Source: Rhizophagus irregularis (lineage: Eukaryota). From it: DNA of 64,000 nt. The stretch covers positions 5,332,001-5,396,000 of the forward strand of contig NC_089433.1 in the NCBI RefSeq assembly GCF_026210795.1. Reading direction: 5' to 3'. Each line of letters begins with the position of its first letter. The stretch's first letter is position 1. Made by a program: the position numbers and the translations under genes. Under the pieces are notes generated by a model. That model saw only the letters and a program-made list of their open reading frames with translations. It was not told the origin of the DNA and searched no databases. This document shows positions 24,812-39,582 of this stretch, piece after piece.

Positions 24812-27800
24812 TATTCGTTCAAAAGATTTGTTACCCAAAAATTCGTACAATGCAAATTTTTTTTTTAGAAGTTCTATTTTAAACTTTAATTATTTATAAT
24901 ACTTCGTGTGTAATAATAAATAATATGCATGTTCAATTGCAATGTTACATAATTTGTTGATTAGCGTACGCCCGAAAGATTCCGTAATCCGAAAAAAATT
25001 TTGTTACACAATGCAACGTTACATAATTTGTTTACCCAAAAAATTCCGTATACTTACTTTTTTGTCGTATTCTTTAGTATCTATTAATCTGAATTCATTT
25101 GTAATTTTAAAAAAAAAGTCAATGGATTTTTTTATCAAGAAGCTATTTAAGTCATCACATATTAAGAAATGTAAAAAATGTAAATATGCATGTCATGCAA
25201 TGTATTTTCAGCGAAATTTCAAAAATTGGACTAGTGGTAATAATATTATTGATAAATTTATTCAAAATACTCAGCTATCAGAACATACTTATTGGGTAGA
25301 AAATGCATTAGAATGGATACCTTATGATAGATTGTATGATATTAGATATACTGCAAAAGATGAATTTGGAAAAGTGAATAGAGCAAATTGGATTGATGGA
25401 TATCTAACTAATTGGGATAATGAAAATCAAAATTGGACGAGAGTAAACCAAAATATGTTTGTGGTTCTAAAAAGTTTAAATAATTTAAAGAATATTACAA
25501 CTGAAATTGAAAATGAGGTATAATGAATTTATTAATAAAATTTTGAAGTTTTTAATTTTTACTAATATATTTATATTTGTAGGTCTATAATAAACCTTGT
25601 GGTATAACTCAAGATCCAGAAACAAAAAATTATATCATGGTTTTGAATTATAATAAATGTAAAAAGTGTAATAGTATATGTAATGCAATACACTTTCAAC
25701 ATAAATTCATAGATTGGACTAGTGGTAATAATGATATTGATAAATTTATTCAAGATACCCAGCTATCAGAACATACTGATTATATTGTAAAAAATGCATT
25801 AGAATGGATACCTTATGATAGATTGTATGATATTAAATATATTTCAAAAGATGAATTTGGCAAAATATATCAAGCAAATTGGATTGATGGAGAAATAAAG
25901 TATTGGTATAATGGAAATTGGGAAAGATATAATCAAAATATGTTTGTAGTTCTAAAAAGTTTAAATAATTTAAAAAATATTACAATTGAAATTGAAAATG
26001 AGGTATAATAAATTTATTAATAATTTTTGAAGTTTTTAATTTTTTATTAATATATTCATGTTTGTAGAATTACTCTAAACCTTATGGCATAACTCAGGAT
26101 CCAGAAACGAAAAATTATATCATGGTTTTGAATAATATTAAATGTAAAAAGTGTAATAGTATATGTAATGCAATACACTTTCAACATAAATTCATAGATT
26201 GGACTAGTGGTAATAATGATATTGATAAATTTATTCAAGATACTCAGCTATCAGTTCATAATAATATAAATATTATAGTATCACAAGCATTAGAATGGAT
26301 ACCTTATGATAGATTTTATGATATTAAATATATTTCAAAAGATAAATTTGGCGAAATATATAGAGCAAATTGGATTGATGGAGAAATAGAGTATTGGGAT
26401 AATGGAAATTGGAAAAGATATAATCAAAATATGTTTGTAGTTCTAAAAAGTTTAAATAATTTAAAGAATATTACAACTGAAATTGAAAATGAGGTATAAT
26501 GAATTTATTAATAAAATTTTGAAGTTTTTAATTTTTACTAATATATTTATATTTGTAGGTCTATAATAAACCTTGTGGTATAACTCAGGATCCAGAAACA
26601 AAAAATTATATCATGGTTTTGAATTATAATAAATGTAAAAAGTGTAATAGTATATGTGATGCAATACACTTTCAACATAAATTCATAGATTGGACTAGTG
26701 GTAATAATGATATTGATAAATTTATTCAAGATACCCAGTTATCAGAACATACTGATTATACTGATTATAGGATAAAAAAGATAAAAAATGCAATAGAATG
26801 GATACCTTATGATAGATTGTATATTGCAAAAGATGAATTTGGCAAAATATATCAAGCAAATTGGATTGATGGAGAAATAGAGTATTGGGATAATGGAAAT
26901 TGGAAAAGATACAATCAAAATATATTTGTAGTTCTAAAAAGTTTAAATAATTTAAAGAATATTACAACTGAAATTGAAAATGAGGTATAATGAATTTATT
27001 AATAAAATTTTGAAGTTTTTAATTTTTACTAATATATTCATGTTTGTAGGTCTATAAACCTTATGGCATAACTCAGGATCCAGAAACAAAAAATTATATC
27101 ATAGTTTTGAATAATTATAAATGTAAAAAGTGTAATAGTATATGTAATGCAATACACTTTCAACACAAATTCATAGATTGGACTAGTGGTAATAATGATA
27201 TTGATAAATTTATTCAAGATACCCAGTTATCAGAACATACTGATTATACTGATTATAGGATAAAAAAGATAAAAAATGCAATAGAATGGATACCTTATGA
27301 TAGATTGTATATTGCAAAAGATGAATTTTGCAAAATATATCAAGCAAATTGGATTGATGGAGAAATAGAGTATTGGGATAATGGAAATTGGAAAAGATAT
27401 AATCAAAATATATTTGTAGTTCTAAAAAGTTTAAATAATTTAAAGAATATTACAACTGAAATTGAAAATGAGGTATAATGAATTTATTAATAAAATTTTG
27501 AAGTTTTTAATTTTTACTAATATATTTATATTTGTAGGTTTATAAACCTTATGGCATAACTCAGGATCCAGAAACAAAAAATTATATCATGGTTTTGAAT
27601 AATAATAAATGTAAAAAGTGTAATAGAATATGTAATTTAATACACTTTCAACACAAATTCATAGATTGGACTAGTGGTAATAATGATATTGATAAATTTA
27701 TTCAAGATAGCCAGCTATCAGTTCATAATAATATTGAAGTATCACATGCATTAGAATGGATACCTTATGATAGATTGTATGATATTAAATATATTGCAAA

Positions 27801-29970
27801 AGGCGGGTTTGGCAAAGTGTATAGAGCAAATTGGATTGATGGAAATCTAATTAATTGGGATAATGAAAATCAAAATTGGATAAGATATAATCGAAATATG
27901 TTTGTAGCTCTTAAAAGTTTGGATAATTCAAAAAATGTTCCATTGGAATTTATGAATGAGGTATAATTTGATTAATTTAATCTATTGTTTATTATTATAA
28001 TACTTAAATTGTTAATTTTACTAGTATATTCTGTATTTTTTTTTTTATATAGATTATGTCGCATAATAAAGGAGGAATAGATAATAATTTTATTGTTAGA
28101 TTTTATGGAATAACTCAAGATCCAGAGACAAAAAATTATATGATGGTTTTAAATTATGCAGAAGATGGAAGTTTACGAAATTATTTAGATAAAGAATATA
28201 ATAAGCTTAATTGGGATAAAAAGATTGTTCATTTACGATATATTATAGATGGACTTAAATGTATTCATGAAAAGGAATTAGTTCACCGAGATTTGCATAT
28301 TGGAAATATATTAAAGTTTAAACATAAAATTGCTATAACTGATATGGGATTATGTAAACCTGCAAATTATAAAACATTAGAAAATACAAATAATAATATA
28401 TATGGTGTTTTGCCTTATGTAGCTCCTGAAATTTTAAGAGGACAAGGTTATACCAAAGCTGCTGATATTTATAGTTATGGTATAATTATGTATGAAGTAA
28501 TTTCCGGATTACCTCCATATTGTGATTTAAACCATGATAATAATTTAGCGATCAAAATTTGTCAAGGTCTTAGACCAAGGTTTAGCATTAAAGTACCACA
28601 ATTAATTGTGCAATTAATTAAAAGATGCTTAGATGCCAATCCATTAAATCGACCAATAGCAAAAGAAATTAATAGTACTTTATACATATGGAAAAATATT
28701 TCAAGTAATGAACAAAGCAAAGAATTACAAGTACAAATTGAGGAAGCGGGTGAAATAAACGAATATTCATTAGATAGCTGCATAACTTCAATTAACTTAG
28801 GAATATCATATAACACACATTCAGAAGCTATTTATACAAGTAGGTTACTCGATTTTAATAATCTTCCTGAACCAAAAAATTCAGACGATTATTATGAGCA
28901 AAATGATAATATTATAAGCAAGGAATTTTCAGGTATTATTAATAATTTTGTTATTTTAAAATATAAATCAGTTTTAAATATACTAATAACTTTTTATTAA
29001 ATAGAATCTTTACAAATCGATATATCTCAATTAAATATTAATTAAGATGTAAGATTTTAATTTAGTTATTTGTATTCAATATATTATATTATTTTTTTTT
29101 TAGGTGCAAAAAACGAATATAACATTATTATATACTGATATTACTATTTTTTCTTTCGAGAACATGCAAATCATTACAATTTAAAATTCTGTTTAACATA
29201 GATTTTCTTAACATTGACGTTAAAATAGTACAGTATTTTGAAATTAGAATTAGTGAGAATTGCGCTAAATAAGATTTAAATTTTAATGACCATTTTTTTT
29301 AAATTATATATTTACTTATTTTATATTTGTTAGTTAAATAAAATTTTCAAATTTGAGCAATTATAAGATGTTTGGCCTGTCATATTCCAAGTTCAATTTA
29401 CAATTGTAATAATATACAAAGAGAAAGAAATTTTTTTTGATTCTGTCCTGGTAAACTGGCGAATATCCATCACTCTCTGAAATCGATTTAATTATATAGT
29501 GAGCGATTTCAACTTCATAATTGTACAAGATCAGCCCCAAAGAAACTGCAGACATAGCCACCTGGTCGCATGTTAATATTCAAAATTAAATAAATAAGAT
29601 CAGAACGAAACTAAAGATAAAATATACAAGGCTAGAACAAATAACCGAATGAAAGATGAAAGAAAAAAACAACTGGTTAGTTGCTATAAAGTGTAAAGAA
29701 AATAGATTCTGAAATTCTAAAAAACCTAAAATTTACCATTTACTGGGGTACCAAAGTTGAAACCCTATAAAAAAGAAAATGGTTGTAAGGAACTGTAGCA
29801 AATAAAAAAAGAAAACGAATATATTAAAAAAAGCTTACTTCTAGGAATATAAAAAGAAGAATAGGAAAGGCTCATAAAAAATTATCCATATTTGATGAAC
29901 AATCAGGTAGTATCGCCAGAGTCGGTTAAAACTAGATATATTCAAAATTAGTAAGATACTGTTGGAATTA
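24812..29970 (+). repeat. Segmental duplicate of ~9297-15600 (upstream region, repeat kinase and ~0.9 kb downstream)
   Basis: CTATTCGTTCAAAAGATTT at ~9297 and ~24811; downstream 14690-15600 matches 29045-29970. Confidence 0.88.
25122..29045 (+). CDS. TKL protein kinase with 6 tandem N-lobe modules (gene B, paralog of gene A)
   Basis: Exons 25122-25517, 25583-26002, 26068-26493, 26559-26984, 27050-27472, 27538-27960, 28053-28932, 29005-29045; frame-compatible; catalytic motifs intact. Confidence 0.9.
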
Positions 29971-32900
29971 ATTTACTATAAAATAATTAAATAAAACTGA
30001 ACAATACTAAACAAATATAAAAAGAAGTAATAAATTAAAAGTATGAAAAATCAATTTTACATAAGTATTTCATAACAATGATAAATAAATATTACTAAGT
30101 TATTATTACAATTTCTAATTTTAAGATATTGTCTCACTTATTTCTAAGCTTATTTGTTTTAAATAAAACAAGCCTTTGGAGATTAAGTAATTTATAGGTG
30201 TAGAATTGTTTTTAATTTTTAAACGTAAATTTCAGGGCAGTATTGTGGCAAGTAGCATTAATACTGCTGTTTATACATAAAAAAATTAAGAAGCACTATT
30301 TTAAATTATGCGATTTGGAGTAACATTTTTCTCCTGATCCACAAATGACTTAAAACTAGTACTATCAATTAATATGTTTAGTATACTTGAATAAAGAATA
30401 AGAAATTAAGTATCTAGAAAATAAAGCATTATCAAATATTGATGATTTTATTACAATTGTATAAACTAATGACAGTATACTAGGAAACCGTCAGAAGTCC
30501 CGAAAAAAAGATAAAATTAAAATTTGCGATTTCATTGGATGACGTCATGTGAGGAACAAGAATTCACTTTTTCATAATGCGTAGACATATACAGTCCTTC
30601 ATTCCGATCCGGACAGTTAACCTATATGTATAATTACAAAATAAATCACTCGGATTTCTTTTTAGAAAATTCTTGCAATGAAATATAGTAATTTAATATG
30701 AAGAGGGCTATTTGTTTGCAATAAAATACAATAATATAAAAATAATTTTATAATCATTTCAAGAGAATTAGAAATTACTATATAAACAGTTTATACCATC
30801 ATTTATTATAATCTTTGTAAACTTATTCTAATTGGGAAATAAATCATTATAAAAATACACCTGACATTATGTTACATAAAAGAATTTAAATGTGATATAT
30901 ATATATAGATTTAAATATTAGATTTATGATTAAAGGTAATTAAATGTATAACAATCTGGATTTACAAATATAAATAAATTGATATACCACAATTGTAATA
31001 CTAATAATAGAGATAATAATAATATTATAAGTATCATTTTTTTTCCAAAAAGATTTGATAATATAAATAAAAGAATTACTGTATAATTTATTATTAATTA
31101 TAAATGAAAAAAAATAAGGAATATAACTTAATTTGTAAAACAATAAGATACTAAAAATTTAGAAAAATAATTTACTATTAATAATAACCTACCTCTTATA
31201 GAATTATATAAAAATTAAAAATTATTCCAGCTAAAAATATTTTTAAACTAGTATTAATTCGGTTTATAATTTATAATAATATTTCTGATTTATTCATCAA
31301 TTATTATATAGTATAATATTGAAGATAAATTAGTTATAAAGAGGTTTTAGTTTTTAGTCTTTTTTTAATGAATTTTTTATCATTTCTCACACAGTCTTTC
31401 ACCATCTTTTATTATATTCTACTGTCATTTCTTATTATATTTTTTATTAATAATTTTTTTTAAAAATCATTACAAAAATGTTAATAATTATTGAATGGAA
31501 CGATCCAAACCTCATTGACAAATTATCAAGTAACAAAACATGTCATTTTTTCAATGATAGTCTATGAACTATCCTTGAAAATTTTACAGAAATTGAGAAG
31601 ATACAACCCAATATAATATAAAATATTTTTATATGGATGCAGAAAGTCCATTTCAACTCTACATTAATTTGTTTAATTACTTTACCGAACGTAGTCTAGA
31701 CAAGTGAATTAAACTATTAGTTTTAAACCTACTTGCTCGAAATACCTTATTATTTATTAACCTCATTATGGCAATTTATTCTAAAAAAATAACTACAACC
31801 ATATTTACATAAATTCATGATACAATAGTTTTATTTATTGTGGGTCAAATGACTATGACGAGTTTATAGAGAATAGTTGAATACTGTCTTAAAGGAAATA
31901 AGAATATTCCAGGTTCTGGGTAAACAAGAGAAATTTTTTCATATGGAGAAAAAACTTTTCAAAAGTAATACTTACAACTATAATTTAAGAATGTATATTC
32001 ATTAACCAACAATAAATACTACTATGACAATCCATAAAGAGGGATATATGTAGAAGTCATCTTTATATAAAATTACGGATGTATTTAGCAATCCAAAATA
32101 TAGACAACTCATCTGCTCAAATATAATATTATACAATAATCAGGTTAAAATGAATCATTTTATAATTAATATTGAGTAATAAATTTCAACCATTCTGCCA
32201 ATATACTTATTTCTTTAATTATTTCAAACATTTTAAAAGTTATGACACTCATAGCAAATAGGGTGTTCGCTGCAAATGGCTTTGTGGCGACACCAACAAT
32301 GCAGGACAAAATGGACTGCGCTAAAACGTGGTTACAAAATCTCACGAGAATTTTACTGGGAAACGAGGAGGAGTTTAATAAAAAAATACAAAAATACCAA
32401 ACACTATTTTAATAAGATAGTTTTTGTGGTGTGGTGGTATTTTCAAACTAAACACTTAAAAAAAATGAAACTCATCTGGAACACAATATACTATTATATC
32501 AAAATGATACTGTAAACAAATTTATAAGCAATGAATAAAATATTGTTTAATTAATATTTGATTAATAATATTAAGATAATAATTAAATTTATATAATATT
32601 AATATTATAATAATAATAATTTTTTATAATTCTATTTTATAATCTAAACAAAGTTTATTAGATATTATATGTAGTAATATATGTAATATACTATTTATTT
32701 ATTTATTTATTTTTTTGAAAATAATTAAAAAGCAATTATATTGTTATGAATTTTTAGATAAAAAAAATTTATAATTTGAAATATTTTATTGTTTATAATA
32801 ATATTAATGAGTGATCTAATTACATTTTAATAATTTATTCTACATTTTATTTCTATATTATTATTAAAAGTTAATCATAATTGGTAATTAGTACTATTTT

Positions 32901-33021
32901 TAGAAACAATAAAATTTTTTTTTGTAACTCTAATTATGATCAGTTACTGCATAACCGCCACTCTTACTTTGAATTGCATAAAATTTTCATAAAATAAAAA
33001 TTGCCTTTTTAATCAGCAAAA

Positions 33022-34464
33022 ATGATTTCTAATATTATAAAATGTTTTCATAAGGGTGTTATTCCATCTCAATTTGCTACTCGATTTCTTCAATTATCAA
33101 AATTTAACTCAAAACCTAATTACAAAGTTCAATCATTATATTCAAGATACCATACAATATCCTTTCCTAATAAATATGAAAAATGGAAATCAACTTACTT
33201 TATCAAAAAAAAAAGATGGCCACCAATACAAAATTATTTGCATTATAATAATTGTGAATATAATAATACAAGCAAGTTGTTTAATATCATTCTATATGGA
33301 TGTGGTTTAATCATTCCATATGGAAGTTTAATATATTTGGCTCAGTCTTATAAGCAGCATAATATTAAAATCTTGGAAAAAGAAATACTAAAAGAGGTTG
33401 TATTACCAGATGGTTATATTTCCCGACCTGAAGTTATTGAACAAATCAAAAAAATTTTTCAGCCAGATAATGATCATTCATATTATCATGTTATTTATGG
33501 TGAAGTTGGAACTGGAAAAACAACATTAGTTAAAAAAGCAATCAAAGAAGTTGGAAAAGGTGTAATATATATTGACATTGGAGAATTTGAACGAGATCAA
33601 AGTGAGTTATTTATTATTTATTTTGTCGTTGATCACTATTTTTGATTTTAATTTTATAAATGAAATAGGTATGACTTTGAATTCTTTAAAGCATATTGCT
33701 GAAATGTATAAAGCAAAGTATAATAAACCTCCAGTTATTATTTATGATAATGTTGAATATTTAATTCATAACAATCCAGAAATTCTTGATATCTTACAGG
33801 ATGATGCAAAGGATAGTGCTGACAACAGAAAGTACATTGCAGTGTTTGTTGCCAATGAAGCAAATGTTATAATGAGAATGGGATGTAAGTACTGAAATCT
33901 ATTTCTTTTTGTACTTTTAAAATATACTTATATAATGCAATTTTTATTTAAGCTCGTAGTTCTTGGTCATGTGCATCAGTGATGGAAATTGGCAACTTTA
34001 ATGAAAAAGAATCAATGGAATATTTAACTAAGAAACGCAATATCAATGAAGTAGATGCAAAAAAATTATATGAATTAGTTGATAGTAATTTTTTAGACCT
34101 TTATGCTGCAGCAGATGAGTTTCTTGATACAAAATCTTTCGAAGGTAGGAATTAGTTTTATTATCAATTCGCGTCAGTCAAATAGAATCATTCTTACCAA
34201 CTTTTTTTCATAGATATTAAAAAGGGAATAACAAAAGAAATCGAAAGAAAATCTATTATAAAATACAAATATCATGAAGTAAGAAATAAAATTTTAAAGG
34301 CTTTATTAGAATGTAAAAAGTTTAGAGTTATGGATTTTTTTGATAATTATGAAGATGCTGGTAATTTCTTATATTTTGACATATTTGCATATCATCCAGA
34401 AAGTGATAATATAACATTTCAGTATGAATGGTATATTAGAGAAAATGCTAGTGAATTCAGGTAA
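33022..34464 (+). CDS. P-loop (AAA-like) ATPase domain protein with basic N-terminus and one hydrophobic segment
   Basis: Exons 33022-33601, 33669-33884, 33953-34144, 34214-34464 join in frame; Walker A GEVGTGKT, Walker B-like VIIYDN. Confidence 0.85.
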
Positions 34465-37400
34465 TAAGTATATACTTATGGATAATAAAAAGGTTTATTT
34501 TTAACTATATTTCTAAATTCAAAAACAAATTACATCATTTAAAAATATAATAAGATATTGACGAAGTTAATCCTTAGATAATTTGAATAAATTTTTTAAA
34601 TAAATCGTTCATATAATTAGAGCTTCTCTTATATTATATCCTGGTTTGAGGGCCATCAATTCTTGGGTCTGAATATGAAAGTAAAAACGGTAATTAATGC
34701 AGGTATATGGCATGCCGAGTTGGACAAAATTATTTGACGTGGAAGATATCATCAGATGTTTGGATTTTTTAACTAATTATGTATAATGATTTTATTATTC
34801 TAGGTTAGCTATTTGTTATTTATGGGATTAACGAATGATTAAACGTGAACAGATAAAAGATAATACGAATATCACTCTCATGTTACCTAATTACACTTTG
34901 TTTATCGGTTCATGTTTGTTGTTTGTATATGTCATTTGTCCTTCGTTTAGCAAGTAATCAGACGTAGAGTAGATAACATATTTATCTTTTCATGCGTATA
35001 ACTTTTGTCTGTGGGTTCTTATTTTTCGGCTTTGAACTTTTCTTTGAACACTTTTATTTATTAAAACTTACAGTTATACTAATGCATCATATCTAAACTA
35101 AAACTTGCATATTGACCGGTTGTTGTCTAACTTTTCTTTAAAGAATGTGTTTTGCGCTCTGTTATAAAATTTTCAACCTATTAACATATAATATTCATCA
35201 ATTTTCAAATAGAAATCTTTGGGAAGAAACTAAGTGGAATAAGGAAATGTTAGAGTAATAAGAAAAATATACTTTTTATTTACAAATGATAAGAGAAATA
35301 AATATTTTTTAAACTAGTACTAACATATTTCTTTCCTTTTTTTTTATTCCAGGAACGGTTTGCGACGTTAGTATAGAATACAAATTGGTGTGAGGGAGAA
35401 AGTTTGCTTTCGTTTCTTTGAATTAATATAAATCACATCCTGCCCTTTTACGATATTTTGTAATTTAAAAAGTGCTTTGATTTATTCTTAAAAGAAAGTA
35501 ATGAGTTGATAATAATTAATAGCTAAAAAAAAACAAAAAAAAATTTCTCCTTACCTTTGTTTTGAAGTAAAGCATCTAGAAGTACTGAAAGTATTTAAGA
35601 TAAGATAAATAATTTTTCTTTTTTTTTTAAAAAAAAAGATAAGTAAAATAAAATAGAATAAATAAAGTATAAATTATAGCTTCAATGTTTCGGGCACTTA
35701 CTGCGGAAATTGAAAATTTGAAAATTTTTATCTTGAAAATTGAAAATATATTAGTAAAATCGAAATAATTTTTTAATGAGTAACTCACCTGATACAATTA
35801 GTAATCAAATGATGTCATTATCTGATTGTTTTGTTTAGTTAAAATCAAAGTTCGACAATATAAATACAGTAAAACATATAGTATATATATAGATGTACAG
35901 TATATAAAATAACATTTTAAAATATATAAATAATAAGACCAATAATAAACGAAAAACTTTAAAAATATTTGGAATATTTATTTGATTTATTAAATCTGAT
36001 CATTTACTTCTTTTTGTGCTTCCAAGTAAAAAGCCGCTTTTTTACATAAGTAAACAAGCATGTGAAATTGCCGAACGTATATTACTAAATTCCTTTGTAA
36101 TAAATATTTTCATTTTTACCGACCTAAAATAATATCACCAGAATTATTTTTTAATATTAAAAAAAAAAAAGATATTCGATAGAAAATTGATAGAAAAATT
36201 CATAATTTTATTTATATTCACTAGAAACATTTGGTAAACCCAATTTCTACGTTACATTTTTCCAAGAATTTTCATTTTTTTTTTTATTAAAGATAAAAAT
36301 AAGTACTCATGTATATATGTATATGTTGCAAAAAAAAAATAAACTTTATTTGTCTTTATTTGTATATAAAAATTTTTTTCTTCGTGAAAAAAAATTGTTT
36401 ATTTCTTGTATTACAGTTTACATTTAAATATATTCAACAAAAAAGTATAAAAAAAAGTATGCGTTGTTATTTGTAGATCACAAAAATATAGTATCAACCC
36501 ATGTCCGTTAATTTTATCGAGGGGTCAAATATGGACAGATAAACATCAAGCATTATGTCTTATGACATACGCATTATCTCCTATGAAGAATAATGTATAC
36601 AATTTAAAACAAAGAAATTGCTATTTTAATTTATGTTACAATGCATGTTATTAAATTATGTTGGGTCCGTAAACACAAGTCATAAGGTATAAACAAGTAA
36701 AAAATATTTGAAACATTTTGTCCACTCCTGCTTGCCATAAATGTATTAATATTTGTAACAACCCGTGTTACAGATTATTATAAAAATATGTCGATTACTC
36801 AATCTAACTAATACAATCGGTTGATCATTTACCCATTAATATTATTGAATTTTTTAATTTGGTCTTTATGAATAACTTTTTGTCAATTCTATGAACAAAC
36901 CTGAAATAGTATTGATTTTAATTGGTTCAAAATAGCAAAATAGTTATTTTATAATAAACTACTATAATTTACTATTATTTCTATCGGGCTGAATCCGTGT
37001 GACTCAATTCGTATTTGTCATGTTTTTGTACAATTGATATATGAACGATAATTTTTCTCATAAAAATAGATTTTTAGAATTTTTCTCAAAAAAAAAAAAA
37101 AAAAAAAAAATATCTTAACGAAATATTATATTAAAATGCGTTTATCGATCTAACGTCTCACTTTTGACGGTTTGCTAATTAAAAGAATACTTTCCTTTAA
37201 GGACCTTAATCTTATTACGCTATATAACTACCCAACAGAGATAAAAAGAACGCTATAATAACGTCCTCCATGGTCTGAAACAAACGACTTCGCAGTTCCG
37301 TTATCTTCACAATTCCATCATCCTTGCGGCTCCAATTTTAACAACTTGAAATCGAAGAAACAAATTTAAGGCGAGTACTTCCGTTGTTTGGTACTACTCG

Positions 37401-38732
37401 CTTTACGGGCGTGCGTTGTTTTTTGGTGTTACAACATAGGGGTTTATGTGCTCGTAGTACGTACCATATGCTACTGGCTAATAGCGGTCTACTAGTGCAC
37501 TAGGAGATAGCGACTGATGACGCCAAATAGGTGGTCCTACAAGCTGACTCATATGGGAGGGCAAGCCGTGGTGCCCATGGAAGTGACACATATCTCTATG
37601 TTGTGAGCATACTTGATTATGATATATGCTAATCGTAATGTAACCATGTTTTTTTTAGATTTTAGAATTTGTAATTACAAAATGTGAAGAATTTTCTTAA
37701 ATTGGATGATTACAGAGAAAAATACCAGGTTATTACGATGAAAATTAAGAATCAGGTAAATTTTTGAGTATACTATGTATATTTAGGGTCAATTTTAATG
37801 TTTGCTTTCATTTTTAGATGGGTGGCGATCGTTCTTTTTATTGTTCTTTATATCAGTTGTAAATTCAAAGTAAATAAACTACTATAGTATCTTTTTTTTT
37901 TCTTTGAGAAAAAATAAAAAATAAATAGTCGAATAATTATATTTAAATATGGAGAATTTTAAATTCTAATGAAGACTAATATCTTTATTTAAGTAAAATG
38001 ATTTTGAAATAATCGTAAATAAATACAAACACTTTATACAGTAATTAATCCATTTATTGGAATAATATATCGTTTTATATTTTAAATAATTAAAGAATAA
38101 CCTTTTAAAATCAAATTTTCAAATGTTATCAATGATATCGAATGTTATAGTTATATCGTTATAAGATGTAAATAATTTAACTTTTCCAAAATATTACCAT
38201 TACAATTAGTTTGTTCGTCGAAACAATAAAAAGCATTTTTGAAATGACATAATGCTACATTATAAATTATTGTTTGTAGGGTAGAAATATCATCTTTTTT
38301 GTTGATTTGATATAAAACTCTTATACATATTATTTTCCATTCGCCTTCAAATTTTCACACATTAAATAACAAAAAATCTCGAAAGATATAAAGTCCGTCC
38401 TTAAATCAAACGAATCAAATAAATTATCAAAAAAGTTTTTACACAATGAACTATACGGGTTTTAGTACCGATATTTTAAATTATTGGATTCTAATTATGG
38501 TATACAGCAGTTTACCGAAAATTACAGTCATATTCCTGATTACCGATCATCCGGACGGGCTTAATCGCAGAAATCTTATGGAATTCCACGACGATCTATG
38601 TCTAGTTGGGACCGGATGATCGACAATTCTCCGGAGCGACCACGACAACTGGATAAATAATAGTTATTCGGCTCGAAGTGCCGAATAAGTGATTTATCCG
38701 GTATCACGTGATTTGCAGATTTATAATAATTT

Positions 38733-39582
38733 CTAGGGGTGTGGGGGGTCCAACTGGTTGGTTACACAATATAATATACAATAAGTCTAATAAATCAAAA
38801 CTGTCCTCCATATAAATTCATATACGTTATTAGTAAATTACGATGATCGGTGAACAAAATACCCCTGCAATTAAAAAAACCAGCCACCCAATTATGTCAT
38901 CCTTGAAACGTGATCATCTTTACATCTGTTTTGTCGCGTCCAAGTACTTTAAATAATGTTTGGACCTTCTCTGAGAAGAAAAAAACAACATCGGCAGTTT
39001 TATTTTAGTATTTATGATGAATAAATCAATATTTAGAAGTCTAAAACAAGTAAAACAAGTTTATTTATTACAAGAAAACGTTATTTATATAGACTTTTAA
39101 TTTATAATAACTTTTAAACCTTTTTTTTTTAAAAAAAAACTGAAAAAAATATTGTCTATAGTAAATGTCTACAATAAATAGTTGTATGCAGTTTTCACTA
39201 ATAAAAGAGAATGTATTTAATAAAATTTTAATATAAAAGTGATATTTATTGTTAAAAACATATTTTTCATTGTTTTTTAAAAAAATTTTTTTAATACATA
39301 TTTCGAAATAATAGTTTTTCTAATAAGCTATATTAAAACTTTGACCTGAGAAACCCAATAACGCTCTAATAGTCATGAAAATTTGCCAATATATGACTCT
39401 TACCAACACTAATCTACTCTCGAACATCGGCTTTTAGAAACGTTGTGCGTCAAAAGTTTTAGGCTTGGAATGTTGTCTTGGATATATTAAAATAATAAAA
39501 TTCAGGGGTGACGGTAGTGGGACAGTTTGGTAATACGAAATTATATTGTGTAACCAACCAGTTGGACCCCCCACACCCCTAG
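38733..39582. mobile_element. MITE with ~43-bp perfect TIRs, superfamily uncertain
   Basis: CTAGGGGTGTGGGGGGTCCAACTGGTTGGTTACACAATATAAT and its reverse complement. ATAATTT on both sides (38726-38732, 39583-39589) may be a 7-bp TSD. Confidence 0.88.

Noticed and set aside
10585..26729. Repeated minus-strand ORFs (MNKFINIIITTSP...)
   Set aside because: Antisense shadows of the kinase repeat exons.
35350..35800. Scattered minus-strand splice-like signals
   Set aside because: Could not assemble a coherent exon chain or ORF.
37514..37540. Hammerhead-like CTGATGA followed by a short stem
   Set aside because: The required GAAA after stem II is missing.
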